A stretch of DNA of 64,000 bases from an uncultured Chloroflexia bacterium (GCA_963813535.1 CAWEZH010000002.1:800001-864000); one strand, 5' to 3'. Positions 11,912 through 23,558 are shown, counted from the first letter of the stretch. Notes: generated by a model not told the origin, from the letters alone. Program-made: numbers and translations.

Positions 11912-14293
11912 CTACCCGAGGTCGCGTTGGACGTTGATCACGTCCTTGAGGTTCTCGATCCGGCTCATGACGCGAGCGAGCTGCGAGACCGAGGCCACCT
12001 GGAGCGTCGCCGTGACGACCGCGGTGTGGTCCTGGCTCACACCGACGTTGGCGGCGACGATGTTGACCTTGTTCTCGGCCACGACCTGGGTGATGTCGTT
12101 GAGCAGCCCGGTCCGGTCATAGGCCTCGACCCGGATGGCGATCGGGTAGGTCTGGGCGGGCTCGGCCTCCCACTCGACCTCGATCAGCCGGCTGACCTCG
12201 CGCTCATTGGACACGGTGGTGCACGACCGGAGATGGACGGTCACGCCCTTGCCGCGGGTGATGAACCCTACGATCGGGTCGCCCGGGATCGGGTGACAGC
12301 ACTTGGCGAAGCGCACCAGCAGGTCGCCCACACCCTTCACGCGGACACCGCCGGCCCGCGCCAGCTGCTGGGAGGCGGGCGCAACGGTCGGGAGCTGGCT
12401 CTGCCCGTCATCGACCACGCCAAGGCGCATGACCACGGCCTGGGGGCCGATGGCGCCGTAGCCGATCGCCGCGTAGAAGTCGTCGACCGAGTCGTGGTTC
12501 AGCTGCTTGGCGACCTCGGCGATCTTGTCCGTCCCGACCGCCGAGATGCTCGTCCGGGCGAGCCGGCGGAGCTCACGCTCGAGCGCCTCGCGACCGTGGA
12601 CGATGTTCTCGTCACGGTCCTTGCGCTTGAACCATTGCCGGATCTTCTCCCGTGCGTGGGACGTCCGGACGACGTTCAGCCAGTCACGCGACGGGCCGTG
12701 TTCACCCTTCGTCGTGACGATCTCGACGATGTCGCCGTTCTTGAGGCGATAGTCGAGCGGGACCAGCCGGTTGTTGACCTTGGCGCCGATCGTGCGGTGC
12801 CCGACGTCGGTGTGGATGCGGTAGGCGAAGTCGAGTGGCGTGGCGCCGGCGGGCAGGTCCTTGATGTCGCCCTTCGGGGTGAAGACAAAGACCTGGTCCT
12901 GGAAGATGTCGAGCTTGATGCCCTCGACGAACTCGGTGGCGTCGGATTCCGACACGTCGCGCTGCCAGTCCATGAGCTGGCGCAGCCACGCGAGCTTGGC
13001 GTCGTACTCGCGGTCGGATTTCGTCCCTTCCTTGTAGCGCCAGTGGGCCGCGATCCCGACCTCGGACACCTGGTGCATCTGGTGGGTCCGGATCTGGATC
13101 TCGAGCGGCTTGCCGTCGAGCGCGATGACCGCGGTATGGAGCGACTGATAGAGGTTGTTCTTGGGGACGGCGATGTAATCGTCGAACTGGCCGGGGATGG
13201 GCCGCCACAGGCTGTGCACGATGCCCAGGGCCGCGTAGCAGTCGCGCACTTCGTCGACGAGGACCCGGATGGCGTAGACGTCGTAGATCTCGCCGAACTC
13301 CGCGCCCTTGCGCTGCATCTTCTTCCAGATGCTGAAGATGTGCTTCGGTCGGCCCTGGAGGTCGGGCTCGATGCCGGCCGCCTCGAGCCGCGGGCGGAGC
13401 TCGGCGATGGCCCGATCGATGTAGGTCTCGCGGCCCTTGCGCCGCGTATCGAGCAGCTTCGCCAGCTCGCGGAAGCGCTCGGGCTCGAGCACCTTGAACG
13501 CGAGGTCCTCGAGCTCCCACTTGATCTGCCAGATCCCGAGGCGCTCCGCCAGCGGCGCGTAGATCTCCATCGTCTGGCGGGCGATGCGCTGCTGCTTCTC
13601 GGAGGGCAAGCCGTACAGCGTGCGCATGTTGTGGAGGCGGTCGGCCAGCTTGATGAGGACGACGCGGATGTCCTCCGCCATCGCGAGCAGCATCTTGCGG
13701 ATGTTCTCGGCCTGTTGCTGCTCGTGGCTATGGGTGGAGAAGCGCGACAGCTTGGTGACGCCGTCGACGAGTTGGGCCACCTCGGCACCGAAGCGCTCCT
13801 CGATGTCCGGCAGGCTGTACTCGGTGTCCTCCGGGACGTCGTGGAGCAGCGCGGCCTCGACGGCGATCGGGTCGATCCCGAGCTCGGCCACGATCTGCGC
13901 CGAGGCGATGGGATGGGTCACGTACGGCTCGCCGGTCGCGCGAACCTCGCCCTCGTGCGCCGCAACGGCCAGGTCGAAGGCGCGCTCGACGCCGCTCAGG
14001 TCGGCGGTCGGATGGTGGTCGGTGACCGAGGTCTTCAGGGCCGACCGGAGCGCCTCGAGATCGGTGCCCGGCGTGCTTCCGGGGCGGACCGGTGGCGCCC
14101 GGCGCGGACCTCGCCGGGCCGGGGTCTTCGGCGCCTTCTGCGAGGCAGCCGGAGTCGGGGCGGCCGGCGGGGCATGACGCGCGGTCGGCGAGTTCGACGC
14201 CGCGGCGTTCCGTGCAGGCGCAGACGCGCGTTCCGCGCTCGTCGTCGACGCCGCGGACGCGGTCGATGCGGTCTTCGCTCGGCTGGCGGCCAT
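11912..14293 (-). CDS. rel: Bifunctional (p)ppGpp synthetase/hydrolase (long RSH)
   Basis: HDVPED hydrolase, KLADRLHNMRT, GRPKHIFSI, YQSLHT, EIQIRT, TGS (LDFAY.IHT), CC.P and ACT domains; low-complexity N-terminal tail. Confidence 0.95.
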   Translation of the reverse strand: MAASRAKTASTASAASTTSAERASAPARNAAASNSPTARHAPPAAPTPAASQKAPKTPARRGPRRAPPVRPGSTPGTDLEALRSALKTSVTDHHPTADLSGVERAFDLAVAAHEGEVRATGEPYVTHPIASAQIVAELGIDPIAVEAALLHDVPEDTEYSLPDIEERFGAEVAQLVDGVTKLSRFSTHSHEQQQAENIRKMLLAMAEDIRVVLIKLADRLHNMRTLYGLPSEKQQRIARQTMEIYAPLAERLGIWQIKWELEDLAFKVLEPERFRELAKLLDTRRKGRETYIDRAIAELRPRLEAAGIEPDLQGRPKHIFSIWKKMQRKGAEFGEIYDVYAIRVLVDEVRDCYAALGIVHSLWRPIPGQFDDYIAVPKNNLYQSLHTAVIALDGKPLEIQIRTHQMHQVSEVGIAAHWRYKEGTKSDREYDAKLAWLRQLMDWQRDVSESDATEFVEGIKLDIFQDQVFVFTPKGDIKDLPAGATPLDFAYRIHTDVGHRTIGAKVNNRLVPLDYRLKNGDIVEIVTTKGEHGPSRDWLNVVRTSHAREKIRQWFKRKDRDENIVHGREALERELRRLARTSISAVGTDKIAEVAKQLNHDSVDDFYAAIGYGAIGPQAVVMRLGVVDDGQSQLPTVAPASQQLARAGGVRVKGVGDLLVRFAKCCHPIPGDPIVGFITRGKGVTVHLRSCTTVSNEREVSRLIEVEWEAEPAQTYPIAIRVEAYDRTGLLNDITQVVAENKVNIVAANVGVSQDHTAVVTATLQVASVSQLARVMSRIENLKDVINVQRDLG

Positions 14294-14325
14294 GGGGCGC
14301 AAGGATAGCAGCGGCCCCCGTTCGA

Positions 14326-15933
14326 TCAGGGCGGCGCACGCTCCGTCGGAGCGTGGCCGAGCTCGCGGAGCAGCTCCTCCGCGACCGAGCGCTCATCCCA
14401 CGGCCGCTCGCCGTCCGGTCCGATGATCGACCGTTCGTGGCCCTTGCCGGCGAGCAGGACGATGTCGCCGGGTCGCGCCGCCTCGAAGGCCGCGGCGATG
14501 GCGTCACGCCGATCGCCGATCAGCAGCAGGTCGTGTCCGCGCCGACGGCCGGCAGCCTCCGCGCCCCGCGCGATGTCGTCCAGGATCGCCGCACGATCCT
14601 CGCCGCGTGGGTCCTCGTCGGTCAGCACGACGAGCCGTGCCCGCTCTCCGGCGATGCGGCCCATCTGTGGCCGCTTGGCCGTGTCCCGCTCGCCGGCCGA
14701 GCCGAACACGGCGACCAACCCACCGCCGCGTGCGGCGGCTGCCGGTGCGAGCAGGTCGAGCACGGTCGTCAGCGACGCCGGGCTGTGGGCGAAGTCGACG
14801 ATCACGCCGAAGGGCTGGCCGAGCTCGATGCGTTCCATCCGGCCGGGCACCACCCCGAGACCGGCCAGTCCCGTGCGCACTCGCTCGGCATCCAGGCCGA
14901 GCGCCTCGCCGAGCGCGATCACGGCGAGCGCGTTGTGGACGTTGAACCGGCCGGCGAGCTGGAGGTCGATACGCGCCTCGCCGGACGGCGTCGCGATGTC
15001 GGCGTGGACGCCGCGGGCGTCCTCGGCGACGCGGGTGGCACGCACGTCCGCGGCTGGTTCCGTGCCGTAGGTGAGGACTCGGGCGCCGGCATCGCGAGCG
15101 GTCCCGATGAACAGCCCCGCGGACGGGTCGTCGAGGTTGACGATCGCGCTGGTCGGTACCGCCGCCGCCTTGTGCGCGGCGCGGCCCTGCCGCAACCGGT
15201 CGAACAGGGAGAGCTTCGCGTCGCGGTACGCCTCCCACGATCCGTGGAGCTCGAGGTGCTCGTGGGTGACGTTGGTGAGGATCGCGACGTCGTAGGCCAC
15301 GCTCGCGACGCGGTCGAGGGCAAGGCCATGGGAGGTGGTCTCGATGACCGCGGCCCGGTCGCCGGCGTCGGCCATCGCGCGGAGGGCGGCCTGGAGGTCC
15401 GGCGCCTCGGGTGTCGTGGCGTGTTCGGCATGGTCGTCGGTGCGGCCACCGATGCGCGTCGCGATCGTGCCGATCATCCCGGTTCGCACGCCGGCGGCCT
15501 CGAGCGCCGCGACGGCCAGGTAGGCGGTCGTCGTCTTGCCGTCCGTGCCGGTGATGCCGATGACCGTCAACGCGTGCGACGGATCGCCATACCACCACGC
15601 GGCGGCACTGGCCAGTGATGGACGCGCGGCATCCACCACGACCTGCACGGCGGCGACCCCGGCGAGCGGTTCCTCGACGATCACACCCGCCGCCCCCGCC
15701 TCGATCGCCGCCGGGACGAAGTCGTACCCGTCGACCCGCAGGCCCGGCACGGCCACGAACAGCATCCCAGGCCGAACCGCACGCGAGTCGTGGGTGACCC
15801 CGGTCACCTCGACCGTCGCGACCTCCGCGTACGGCACGGGCCGGCCGGCCATGCGAGTCCCGCGCAGCCTCCCCTCCGCCGCGAGCCGGTCGACGAGGCC
15901 CCCGAGTGGTCGGGTGGCCGGCACCGCGCTCAT
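14326..15933 (-). CDS. murE: UDP-MurNAc-tripeptide synthetase
   Basis: HDSR, GITGTDGKTTT, TTPEA, TN..HEHL, VPGRME, VDFAHSP, GSAGERD..KR..MG, TDEDPR, AGKGHE. Confidence 0.93.
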   Translation of the reverse strand: MSAVPATRPLGGLVDRLAAEGRLRGTRMAGRPVPYAEVATVEVTGVTHDSRAVRPGMLFVAVPGLRVDGYDFVPAAIEAGAAGVIVEEPLAGVAAVQVVVDAARPSLASAAAWWYGDPSHALTVIGITGTDGKTTTAYLAVAALEAAGVRTGMIGTIATRIGGRTDDHAEHATTPEAPDLQAALRAMADAGDRAAVIETTSHGLALDRVASVAYDVAILTNVTHEHLELHGSWEAYRDAKLSLFDRLRQGRAAHKAAAVPTSAIVNLDDPSAGLFIGTARDAGARVLTYGTEPAADVRATRVAEDARGVHADIATPSGEARIDLQLAGRFNVHNALAVIALGEALGLDAERVRTGLAGLGVVPGRMERIELGQPFGVIVDFAHSPASLTTVLDLLAPAAAARGGGLVAVFGSAGERDTAKRPQMGRIAGERARLVVLTDEDPRGEDRAAILDDIARGAEAAGRRRGHDLLLIGDRRDAIAAAFEAARPGDIVLLAGKGHERSIIGPDGERPWDERSVAEELLRELGHAPTERAPP

Positions 15934-17054
15934 CGACCCACGACCCGCTCCACTCGAGCCGCGACCCGGCCGATCGCGTAGCGCGACGGGCGCATCACGC
16001 GCTCGTGGGCGCCGGTCATCGCCAGCCAGCTCGCACCGAACGACCGCTTGTGCTCGTACAGGCCGGCCATCGGGTCGCCCTTGCCGGGCTCTCGGTGGCG
16101 CGGACCCGTATCGACGCCGCCCAGGTCCATCTCGTCGGCGCCCTCACGGATGGCCAGCTGGATCGCACGCCAGCGGAGCAGGTGCATGACCCCCGGATGG
16201 GACTTCCGTGTGCCGGGAGCGTCCGCCGAGTGGACGGTCGAGAGGCGGTTGCCATGGCGATACAGGATCAGACCGCCCAGTGAATGGCCCCGCTCGGCCG
16301 CGTCACGCGCATCGAGGTAGACGAGCATGCCCGCGTCGAGGGCTGCCGCCCACCAGTCGAGGAAGACCTGGCGGGGACCGAACCGGAAACCGCGGCGCTC
16401 ACCCGTCCCCTCGAGGAGCGTCGCGAAGGCTCCGACGGCCTCCTCCGGCGGACTCGAGGGCGGATCGAAGAGTCCCTCGACGTCCTCCCAGCCGGCCCGA
16501 TCATGCCGCTCGACGATGACGCCGTCGCGTTCTGCGCCGGCGACGCGCTGCCGGGTGCTCTTGGTGAACGCCGCCCGCACCGCCGCATCGTCGGTGTCCC
16601 GCGCGAGGGCAAGGCTGACCCGGTGCCGCGAGGGTTGGATCTCGGGGATGGGGTCGAAGCCGGCCTGGCGCAGGGCCGCTCCGTAGGCCGTATCGGTGGC
16701 GGGCACCTCCGCGTCGGTCGCCACGACCACCACGCCCCGCTCGACCAGCCAGTTCGCGAGCGCCGCCATCCGCCGGGCGGCCGCCCCCCCGCCGTCCCCG
16801 GCGCGGGTCGGATCGACGACCGGTCCGCGCGGGACATAGGCGCTCTCGCCGCCGACGATCGGGAACGGGCGCAGCAGGACGAGCGCGGGATGGTCGTCGT
16901 CGAGGAGCACGAACAGCGGCCGCCACCCAAGGCGCGAGCGTTGCTCGGCCCAGACGGTCGACTGGTAGACATGCCCGCCGGCGGACCGCACGGCACGGCC
17001 ATCCCAGCCGACGAGCTCCTCGGTGGTCGCCTCTCGCGGCAAGCCAGCGGTCAA
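15930..17054 (-). CDS. FemABX-family peptidoglycan peptidyltransferase
   Basis: HVYQS..W, AYVPRGP, KSTRQ.V, HLLRWRAI, DLGG, GLYEHKRSFGA; TTGA overlap with the upstream stop. Confidence 0.85.
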   Translation of the reverse strand: MTAGLPREATTEELVGWDGRAVRSAGGHVYQSTVWAEQRSRLGWRPLFVLLDDDHPALVLLRPFPIVGGESAYVPRGPVVDPTRAGDGGGAAARRMAALANWLVERGVVVVATDAEVPATDTAYGAALRQAGFDPIPEIQPSRHRVSLALARDTDDAAVRAAFTKSTRQRVAGAERDGVIVERHDRAGWEDVEGLFDPPSSPPEEAVGAFATLLEGTGERRGFRFGPRQVFLDWWAAALDAGMLVYLDARDAAERGHSLGGLILYRHGNRLSTVHSADAPGTRKSHPGVMHLLRWRAIQLAIREGADEMDLGGVDTGPRHREPGKGDPMAGLYEHKRSFGASWLAMTGAHERVMRPSRYAIGRVAARVERVVGR

Positions 17055-18109
17055 TCCGCCCCCTCCCCCGTGAAGGCCGCGGCGCTCGTGCGGCCCTGCA
17101 AGCCGTGGCGCCGGCGCGCCCACCACGTCCGTGCCGTAACGGCCGTGTCGTAGACGCGCTTGCCCATCGCGTCGAGGACGAGGTCCCATGCGCCGATGTA
17201 GCGCACCTCCCGGCCACCGAACCCGGTCTTGAAATGGGCGATCCCGCCGGTCGCCAGACCCCACAGGTCGTACGTCTCGGCGCCGGCCTCACGCGACGAG
17301 CGGATGGCTTCCCACTTCAGGAGGTAGTTGGCCCGGCTGTCGGCGCCGGCCTGGGTCATGCCGCCGTACGGCTCGACGACTCGACGACCGGAGCGCACGA
17401 GGAAGAGCGTCGCGAGGGGTTCGCCGCTGGTCGACTGGGCGAACAGGAGACGTGCTCGACCGGACGGCCGGAAGGCGTCCCAGACGTCGCGATACGCCGC
17501 CTCGGTGCGGATGAGGAAGCCCGCGCGCTGGGCCGTGTCCTGGTAGATCCGGTAGAACTCGCCCAGCCGGTCCCCATCGGCATCGACCACGACTACGCCG
17601 GCGGAGCGCGCCTTGTTGACGTACTGGCGCCACTTCTTGCGGAGGTCGCCCCACAACGTCTCCTCGTCGGCGCGCAGGTCGATGATGCGGGTGGACGATG
17701 GCTGGATCGGCGGGGCCGGGCGCCAGCCGTTCGCGCTGAGCGCGCGGCGTGTCGCACCGTCCGGGTCGTGCGGCCCGTCGGCCTCGACCTCGGGGTCGAT
17801 GCGCAGGTGCGACACCCGTCCGGCCACGGCCCCGAGCCCATCGCGCGCGCCGGCGGTGAGTGCGCCCAGGTCATCCGCCGTCCAGTCGCCGCCGAGCGGT
17901 CCACGGGGCGCGTAGGCGAAGCCCCACGGCAACGGCCGGGGACGGCGGACGAGGATCTGTGCACCGACCCGGTCCGCGGCAAGCAAACGGTGTGCCGACC
18001 AGCCGTTCACGGCCTTGACGCGCGCCCACCCGCTCAGCTGGAGGTAGGACCCCGGGTCACTGGCGTCGACGAGGGCGTCCCAGGCGTCCGCGTCGATCGG
18101 GGCGGTCAC
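17051..18109 (-). CDS. FemABX-family peptidyltransferase (FemX-like)
   Basis: YLQ..W..VK, AYAPRGP, KKWRQYVNKA, YLLKWEAI, YDLWG, FKTGFGG; GTGA overlap with murJ. Confidence 0.88.
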   Translation of the reverse strand: MTAPIDADAWDALVDASDPGSYLQLSGWARVKAVNGWSAHRLLAADRVGAQILVRRPRPLPWGFAYAPRGPLGGDWTADDLGALTAGARDGLGAVAGRVSHLRIDPEVEADGPHDPDGATRRALSANGWRPAPPIQPSSTRIIDLRADEETLWGDLRKKWRQYVNKARSAGVVVVDADGDRLGEFYRIYQDTAQRAGFLIRTEAAYRDVWDAFRPSGRARLLFAQSTSGEPLATLFLVRSGRRVVEPYGGMTQAGADSRANYLLKWEAIRSSREAGAETYDLWGLATGGIAHFKTGFGGREVRYIGAWDLVLDAMGKRVYDTAVTARTWWARRRHGLQGRTSAAAFTGEGAD

Positions 18110-19689
18110 GCCGGGCTGGGTCGGCGGATGGCGTCGACCATGATCCCGACGATAGAGCGCAGTTCCCCGATCCGCAAGGCGAGGGCGGAGGCGACGAACA
18201 TCGCGCCGAAGGCGATCGACACGAGGACGATGACCGCGACCATCCCCGGGATCTCGGTACGACCCAGGGCCGCCGGATCCGGCGCGAGCGCGGGTCCGAC
18301 GAGCAGGTGGGTCACACCGCCGACCAGAGCCGCCAGCGCCGTGGCCACGAGCGTGCGTGTCGCCACGGACGCGACCGCCCCAAGCCCGAGCGAGCCCTCG
18401 CGTCGTCGGAGCAGCACGGTCAAGGCGCCTGCCTCGAGCCAGGCCGCGATGGCGATGGCCAGCGCGATGCCCGGCAGCCCGAGCGAGCCGACGAGGATCG
18501 TCGCGAACGTCGTGTTCACGATCACGGCACCGATCGCCACCACCACCGGCGTGACCGTGTCCTGCCGGGCATAGAACGCGCGGGCCAGGACGGCGATCAG
18601 GGCATGCGCCGGGGCACCGAGGAGGAACACGAGGAACGTATCGGCGATGAGGTGGATGGCGTCCGGCGTGAAGCTTCCGAACAGCAGCGCCACGACTTCC
18701 ACCCGAAGGATGGCGGCAAGCGCGGCGACCGGGATCATCACGACGGCAAGGAAGCGCATCGCCCGGTTGAGCAATCCGATGAACTCCTCCTCGTCGCCGA
18801 TCGCCGCGCCGCGTGACAACGAGGGGAAGAGCACGACACCGAGTGGCACGCCGATGACGCCGATCGGGATCTGGAGGAGCGTGAAGGCGATGGTGAATGC
18901 GGTCACGGCGCCGAGACCCAGGTTCGTCGCGAGTGCGGTGACGACCACGAACGTGATCTGGCTCGCGCCGAGACCGATGGCGCGAGGCGCCATCAGGGTG
19001 AGTGCCTTGCGCGCGGCCGGGTCCCCCAATTCGATACGCGGCGTGTAACGGAAGCCGAGCCGCTGCAGCGGACGGATCTGGACCAGCACGTGTCCGAGCG
19101 AGCCGGCGACGACGCCGATCGCCAGCCCGACCGCCCCCATCGATGGTGTCAGCAGCAGCGCCGCACCGATGATCGCCAGGTTGTAGACGATGGGCGCCAC
19201 GGCTGCCGCGGCGAAGCGACCCTGGGTGTTGAGCACGCTCGTGGCCACCGCTCCGAGCGCGAGGAAGATCGGGCTGAGGACCATGATCCGCGTGAGCTCG
19301 ATGGTCCGGGCCATGGTGACCGGGTCGAAACCCGACGTGTACAACGGCACGAGCCGGTCGGCGAAGATGAAGACGAACCCGGCCAGGATCAACAGCGCGA
19401 TGAGCATGAGGTTGGTGACCGTCGACACGACGCGCCACGCGCGTTCCGTGCCGTCCGAGGTGATCACGCTCGCGAGGACGGGGATCAGCGCCGAGGAGAG
19501 GGCCCCCGCCGCGACCAGCTGGAAGAGCAGATCGGGGATGCGGAACGCGGCGAAGAAGGCGTCGAGCTCACTCGGGTCGGGCAGGGCATTCGCGATGACG
19601 ACGAGCCGCAACCAGCCCAGCAGCCGGGATACCAGGAACGCCCCAGAGACGATCAGGCCGGCCCTCGCCAGCGTGGTGGCCGCGGTCAC
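18106..19689 (-). CDS. murJ: Lipid II flippase MurJ (MviN)
   Basis: [36 protein letters not shown]; about 14 TM helices. Confidence 0.93.
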   Translation of the reverse strand: MTAATTLARAGLIVSGAFLVSRLLGWLRLVVIANALPDPSELDAFFAAFRIPDLLFQLVAAGALSSALIPVLASVITSDGTERAWRVVSTVTNLMLIALLILAGFVFIFADRLVPLYTSGFDPVTMARTIELTRIMVLSPIFLALGAVATSVLNTQGRFAAAAVAPIVYNLAIIGAALLLTPSMGAVGLAIGVVAGSLGHVLVQIRPLQRLGFRYTPRIELGDPAARKALTLMAPRAIGLGASQITFVVVTALATNLGLGAVTAFTIAFTLLQIPIGVIGVPLGVVLFPSLSRGAAIGDEEEFIGLLNRAMRFLAVVMIPVAALAAILRVEVVALLFGSFTPDAIHLIADTFLVFLLGAPAHALIAVLARAFYARQDTVTPVVVAIGAVIVNTTFATILVGSLGLPGIALAIAIAAWLEAGALTVLLRRREGSLGLGAVASVATRTLVATALAALVGGVTHLLVGPALAPDPAALGRTEIPGMVAVIVLVSIAFGAMFVASALALRIGELRSIVGIMVDAIRRPSPA

Positions 19690-20669
19690 GCGGAGCCGGT
19701 CCGCCGTGCGCGCGGGTGGGCGTCTCGATACGCGGCCGCCAGGCGGCCCGGCGACACGTGCGTGTACACCTGGGTCGTGGCGAGGTTCTCGTGACCGAGC
19801 AACTCCTGCACGACGCGCAGGTCAGCGCCACCATCGAGGAGATGCGTGGCGAACGAGTGGCGCAGGGTGTGCGGAGACACGCCTTCCGGCAGCCCTGCCG
19901 CCCGACACAGCCGGTCGAGCCGGTAGCGCAGACCACGGACACCAAGTGCCCCGCCCGCATGGTTCAGGAAGACGACCGTCGGTGCCGGCCCGGCGGTCGT
20001 CCGCCGCTCCGCGAGCAGCGGGCGGCCGTGGTCCAGGTACACGCCCAGCGCCGCGATGGCTGGCCGCCCAAGGAGCCCGATCCGTTCCTTGCGGCCCTTG
20101 CCGATCACGCGGATCTCGCCGCGTCGCAGATCGACCGAGCCAAGCTCGGCACTTGCCAGCTCGCTGATCCGTAGCCCGGCGGCGTACGCGACCTCGACGA
20201 GGGCGCGGTCGCGGAGCGCAAGGGCCGTCGCGAGGGTGGTCCGATCCGGCCGGACCGCATCGGCGGCGTCGAGCTCGCCCTCGATCACGGCCAGGAGCCG
20301 GCCGACCTCGTCCACCTCGAGGACGCGCGGCAGCCGGCGGGGCAGGCGCGGTGTCGCGATGGCGCCCCATGGGTCGCCCGTCGCGATGCCCTCACGGGCG
20401 GCCCAGCGGTGGAACGAGCGGATCGCCGCAAGGCGCTGCGCCACGGTCGAGCGCGACGTCTCCGCCCCGAGCCGGGCAAGGTAGCCGCGGAGCTGATGGC
20501 GGGCGGGTCGGGTCCAATCGACACCCTGGTCGGCCAGCCAGTGGAGGTAGGCACCGACCGCCGTCCGATAGGCGCGGATCGTGTGCGGTGAGGCGTCACG
20601 TGCCTCGAGCGAGCGCAGGAAGCGCTGCAGGGTCGGATCGGTCGGGATGTGGTCCGCGACCGCGCTCAC
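19686..20669 (-). CDS. xerC: Chromosomal tyrosine recombinase XerC/XerD
   Basis: [32 protein letters not shown] catalytic set; lies downstream of topA as in the conserved dprA-topA-xerC context. Confidence 0.85.
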   Translation of the reverse strand: MSAVADHIPTDPTLQRFLRSLEARDASPHTIRAYRTAVGAYLHWLADQGVDWTRPARHQLRGYLARLGAETSRSTVAQRLAAIRSFHRWAAREGIATGDPWGAIATPRLPRRLPRVLEVDEVGRLLAVIEGELDAADAVRPDRTTLATALALRDRALVEVAYAAGLRISELASAELGSVDLRRGEIRVIGKGRKERIGLLGRPAIAALGVYLDHGRPLLAERRTTAGPAPTVVFLNHAGGALGVRGLRYRLDRLCRAAGLPEGVSPHTLRHSFATHLLDGGADLRVVQELLGHENLATTQVYTHVSPGRLAAAYRDAHPRARRTGSA

Positions 20670-23077
20670 GCCTCGGGGGCCGGCTCGGTCGATCGCTTCG
20701 TGCCGTTGGAGCGCGGCGAACCACGTCGCCGCCCAGCTGCGCCGCCGCGCGCGCCGCCGCGGGCAGGGCGAGCAAGAGCCTCTGGGTCGGGCGGCCCGCC
20801 CGGATAGCGCTGACCGGGGACGACGGCGTCGGGTGTCACGTCGCTGGTCGAGCCACACACCAGGCAGATGGCCGCCTCGCCCTTGCGCGCCAGGGGTCCG
20901 TCGTCGGTCTCGTGGAGCCCGCCGAGGGGCTCGTTGTTCGTCGTGAAATCGCACTTCGGATAGTTCGAGCACCCCCAGAAGACGTTTCCGGTCCGTCGTG
21001 CGCGACGCGGGACCAGGTGGCCGTCCTTGTTCTTCGGGCAGGTGACCTCGAAGGGCAGCGGGTCGGGCGGTGGCGGACCCTCACGCTTGATGTAGTCGCA
21101 GTCCGGGTAGCGCGAGCAGCCGAGGAACGGGCCGAAGCGACCCTGCCGTCCGACGAGGGTCCCCTCCCCGCACTTCGGGCAGACCTCGCCGGCGCCCTCC
21201 TGGGGCGGTGGCTCATCCCCGGGCAGCGGCCGCGTCTCCTTGTGCTCCGGGTACATCGAGCACGCCAGGAACCGACCGTTGCGCCCGAGGCGGATGACCA
21301 TCGGATGGCCTTCCGAGCACACCTCGTCGGTCGCCTCGGTGGTGAAGTCGCTCCGGCGCAGCTCGCGGCGCTTCTCGGCGACGCGATCGCGCAGTGGCGC
21401 ATAGAACGCCTCGAGGAGGGGGATCCACGCTCGCTCGCCACGCGCGATCTCGTCGAGCTCCTCCTCCATCCGTGCGGTGAACGCGAGATCGACGTAGTCG
21501 CCGAAGTGCTCGACGAGCAGGTCCGTGACGATCCCGGCGACCGGCTCGGGGTGCAGCCGGCGCTCCTCCACGCGGACATAGCCGCGATCGATGATGGTCG
21601 AGATCGTCGCGGCGTAGGTCGAGGGACGGCCGATGCCGTGCTCTTCGAGTGCCTTGATCAGCGTCGCCTCGGTGAAGCGCGGCGGCGGCTCCGTGAAGTG
21701 CTGGGTCGGTGTCACGTCGCGGACGTCGGTGCGCTCGCCCTCGGCGAGGGTCGGGAGACGTCGTGCGTTCTCCTCTTCCTCGGCGGCCTCGTCGTCGCGG
21801 CCCTCCGTGTAGACCCGGGCGAAGCCCTCGAACAGCGTCCGCGTGGATGTCGCGCGAAGCTCGTACGGGCCATCGAACAGCTCGACGGTGGTGGTCTCGA
21901 GCTCCTTGGGCGCCATCTGCGACGCCAGCGCCCGCTGCCAGATCAGGCGATACAGCCGGAGCTCCTCGGGCTTGAGCATGTCCTCGAGCGAATCCGGATC
22001 GCGCCGGAAGCTGGTCGGTCGGATCGACTCGTGGGCCTCCTGGGCGCCCTTCGATGTCGTCTTGTAGACCCGGCCCTTGGGCATCGTGAATGGCTCGCCG
22101 TAGCGCTCGCCGATGACCTCGAGCGCCTCGGTCATCGCCACGCCGGCCATCGACGTCGAGTCGGTCCGCATGTAGGTGATCAGTCCGACGTGGCCGTCCG
22201 GCGTGTCGACGCCCTCGTACAGGCGCTGGGCGATCGACATCGTCCGTTTCGGGCTGAACGACAGCTTCCGGCTCGCCTCCTGCTGGAGGGTCGACGTCGT
22301 GAACGGCGGCGCCGGCGAGCGCTTCTGCGTCCGGACGCCGATCTTGCGGACGACCGGGTGCGCCTCGCGGAGGGCGTTGACATGACGTTCCGTCGTGGCC
22401 TCGTCGGGCAGGTCGAGCGCTTCACCATCGATACGTACGAGCTCCGCCGCGAACGTGTCGCCGGCCTGCGTCGCGAGGATCGCCTCGATCGTCCAGTACT
22501 CGCGAGCCGTGAAGGCATCGATCTCGCGTTCTCGTTCGACCACCAGGCGAACGGCCACCGACTGGACGCGGCCGGCCGACAGGCCACCGCGGACCTTGCG
22601 CGACAGCAGCGGGCTGAGGGTGTAGCCGACGAGCCGGTCGACGATGCGGCGGGTCTGTTGCGCATCGACGAGATTGCGGTCGATGTCGCGCGGGTTGGCG
22701 AACGCCTCGCGGATCGCCGGTTCGGTGATCTCGCTGAACGTGACCCGGCGCGTCTTCTCCGACGGCACGTGGGCCGCCTCGGCGACGTGCCAGGCGATGG
22801 CTTCGCCCTCGCGGTCGAGGTCGGTCGCCAGATAGACGAGATCGGACCCCTTGGCCGCCTTGGCGATGTCGCTGACCTGCTTGCGGCGGTCCTCGTTGAT
22901 CACGTATTCGGGGGTGAATCCGTTGTCGACGTCGACGCCGAACTTGCCCTTCCCGGGGTTCTCGGGCAGGTCCCGGACGTGGCCGTAGGAGGCGAGGACC
23001 CGATAGTCGTCGCCCAAATATCGCTCGATCGTCCGCGCCTTGGCAGGCGACTCGACGATCACGAGGTTCTTTGACAC
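20666..23077 (-). CDS. topA: DNA topoisomerase I
   Basis: [50 protein letters not shown]; C-terminal Zn ribbons. Confidence 0.97.
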   Translation of the reverse strand: MSKNLVIVESPAKARTIERYLGDDYRVLASYGHVRDLPENPGKGKFGVDVDNGFTPEYVINEDRRKQVSDIAKAAKGSDLVYLATDLDREGEAIAWHVAEAAHVPSEKTRRVTFSEITEPAIREAFANPRDIDRNLVDAQQTRRIVDRLVGYTLSPLLSRKVRGGLSAGRVQSVAVRLVVEREREIDAFTAREYWTIEAILATQAGDTFAAELVRIDGEALDLPDEATTERHVNALREAHPVVRKIGVRTQKRSPAPPFTTSTLQQEASRKLSFSPKRTMSIAQRLYEGVDTPDGHVGLITYMRTDSTSMAGVAMTEALEVIGERYGEPFTMPKGRVYKTTSKGAQEAHESIRPTSFRRDPDSLEDMLKPEELRLYRLIWQRALASQMAPKELETTTVELFDGPYELRATSTRTLFEGFARVYTEGRDDEAAEEEENARRLPTLAEGERTDVRDVTPTQHFTEPPPRFTEATLIKALEEHGIGRPSTYAATISTIIDRGYVRVEERRLHPEPVAGIVTDLLVEHFGDYVDLAFTARMEEELDEIARGERAWIPLLEAFYAPLRDRVAEKRRELRRSDFTTEATDEVCSEGHPMVIRLGRNGRFLACSMYPEHKETRPLPGDEPPPQEGAGEVCPKCGEGTLVGRQGRFGPFLGCSRYPDCDYIKREGPPPPDPLPFEVTCPKNKDGHLVPRRARRTGNVFWGCSNYPKCDFTTNNEPLGGLHETDDGPLARKGEAAICLVCGSTSDVTPDAVVPGQRYPGGPPDPEALARPARGGARGGAAGRRRGSPRSNGTKRSTEPAPEA

Positions 23078-23165
23078 GGCCGGGAGTGTAGCACCGGGTC
23101 CTTCGCTCACCATTCGTGCGTCGAGCGATGGACCGATGTCGCTGGATCGGCTCCGTACGGAGCCG

Positions 23166-23507
23166 TCAGACCTCGCGGATGCGACGCAGGAAGTCCTCGT
23201 CGATCTCGAGGTCGGCCTCGACCGGCTCGGTGTCGGCCTGCAGGGCCACGCCCGCCGCCACCGTCTCCGGCGCGTCATCGCCCAGGAGGGCGCTCAACGC
23301 CGCCTGCGGCGGGATCTCGACGAATGACACCCGGTGGTACGGGAACACGAAGATCGACTTCATGTCGTCGGCGAAGAGCGGCCGTTTGCCGTCGAGCGAG
23401 CGCAGGTTGGTCAAACGGATCGTGGTGTCGGTCGGGCTCGGCAGCTCGAAGATATCAGCGACGAGCGGCTGCTCGTTGTGCAGGTGCAGCACGGCGTTGC
23501 GGAGCAT
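23166..23507 (-). CDS. Small hypothetical protein
   Basis: 113 aa, globular beta-rich N-terminal part and acidic tail; GC-biased codon use; fills the gap. Confidence 0.7.
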   Translation of the reverse strand: MLRNAVLHLHNEQPLVADIFELPSPTDTTIRLTNLRSLDGKRPLFADDMKSIFVFPYHRVSFVEIPPQAALSALLGDDAPETVAAGVALQADTEPVEADLEIDEDFLRRIREV

Positions 23508-23558
23508 GGACCCATCGTGCCCCTCAGTGGTCCCGTCCGGACTGGCCCGATGGTCCCC

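Noticed and set aside
10568-14308. 1246-aa plus-strand ORF and the many other long antisense ORFs (e.g. 20351-23074, 37319-39052)
   Set aside because: Shadow frames of rel/hisS, topA etc., caused by stop-codon scarcity in high-GC DNA; no recognisable motifs.
19686-20669. Tyrosine recombinase as a mobile-element integrase
   Set aside because: Xer-like size and motifs, coupled to topA and murJ; no att sites or cargo.
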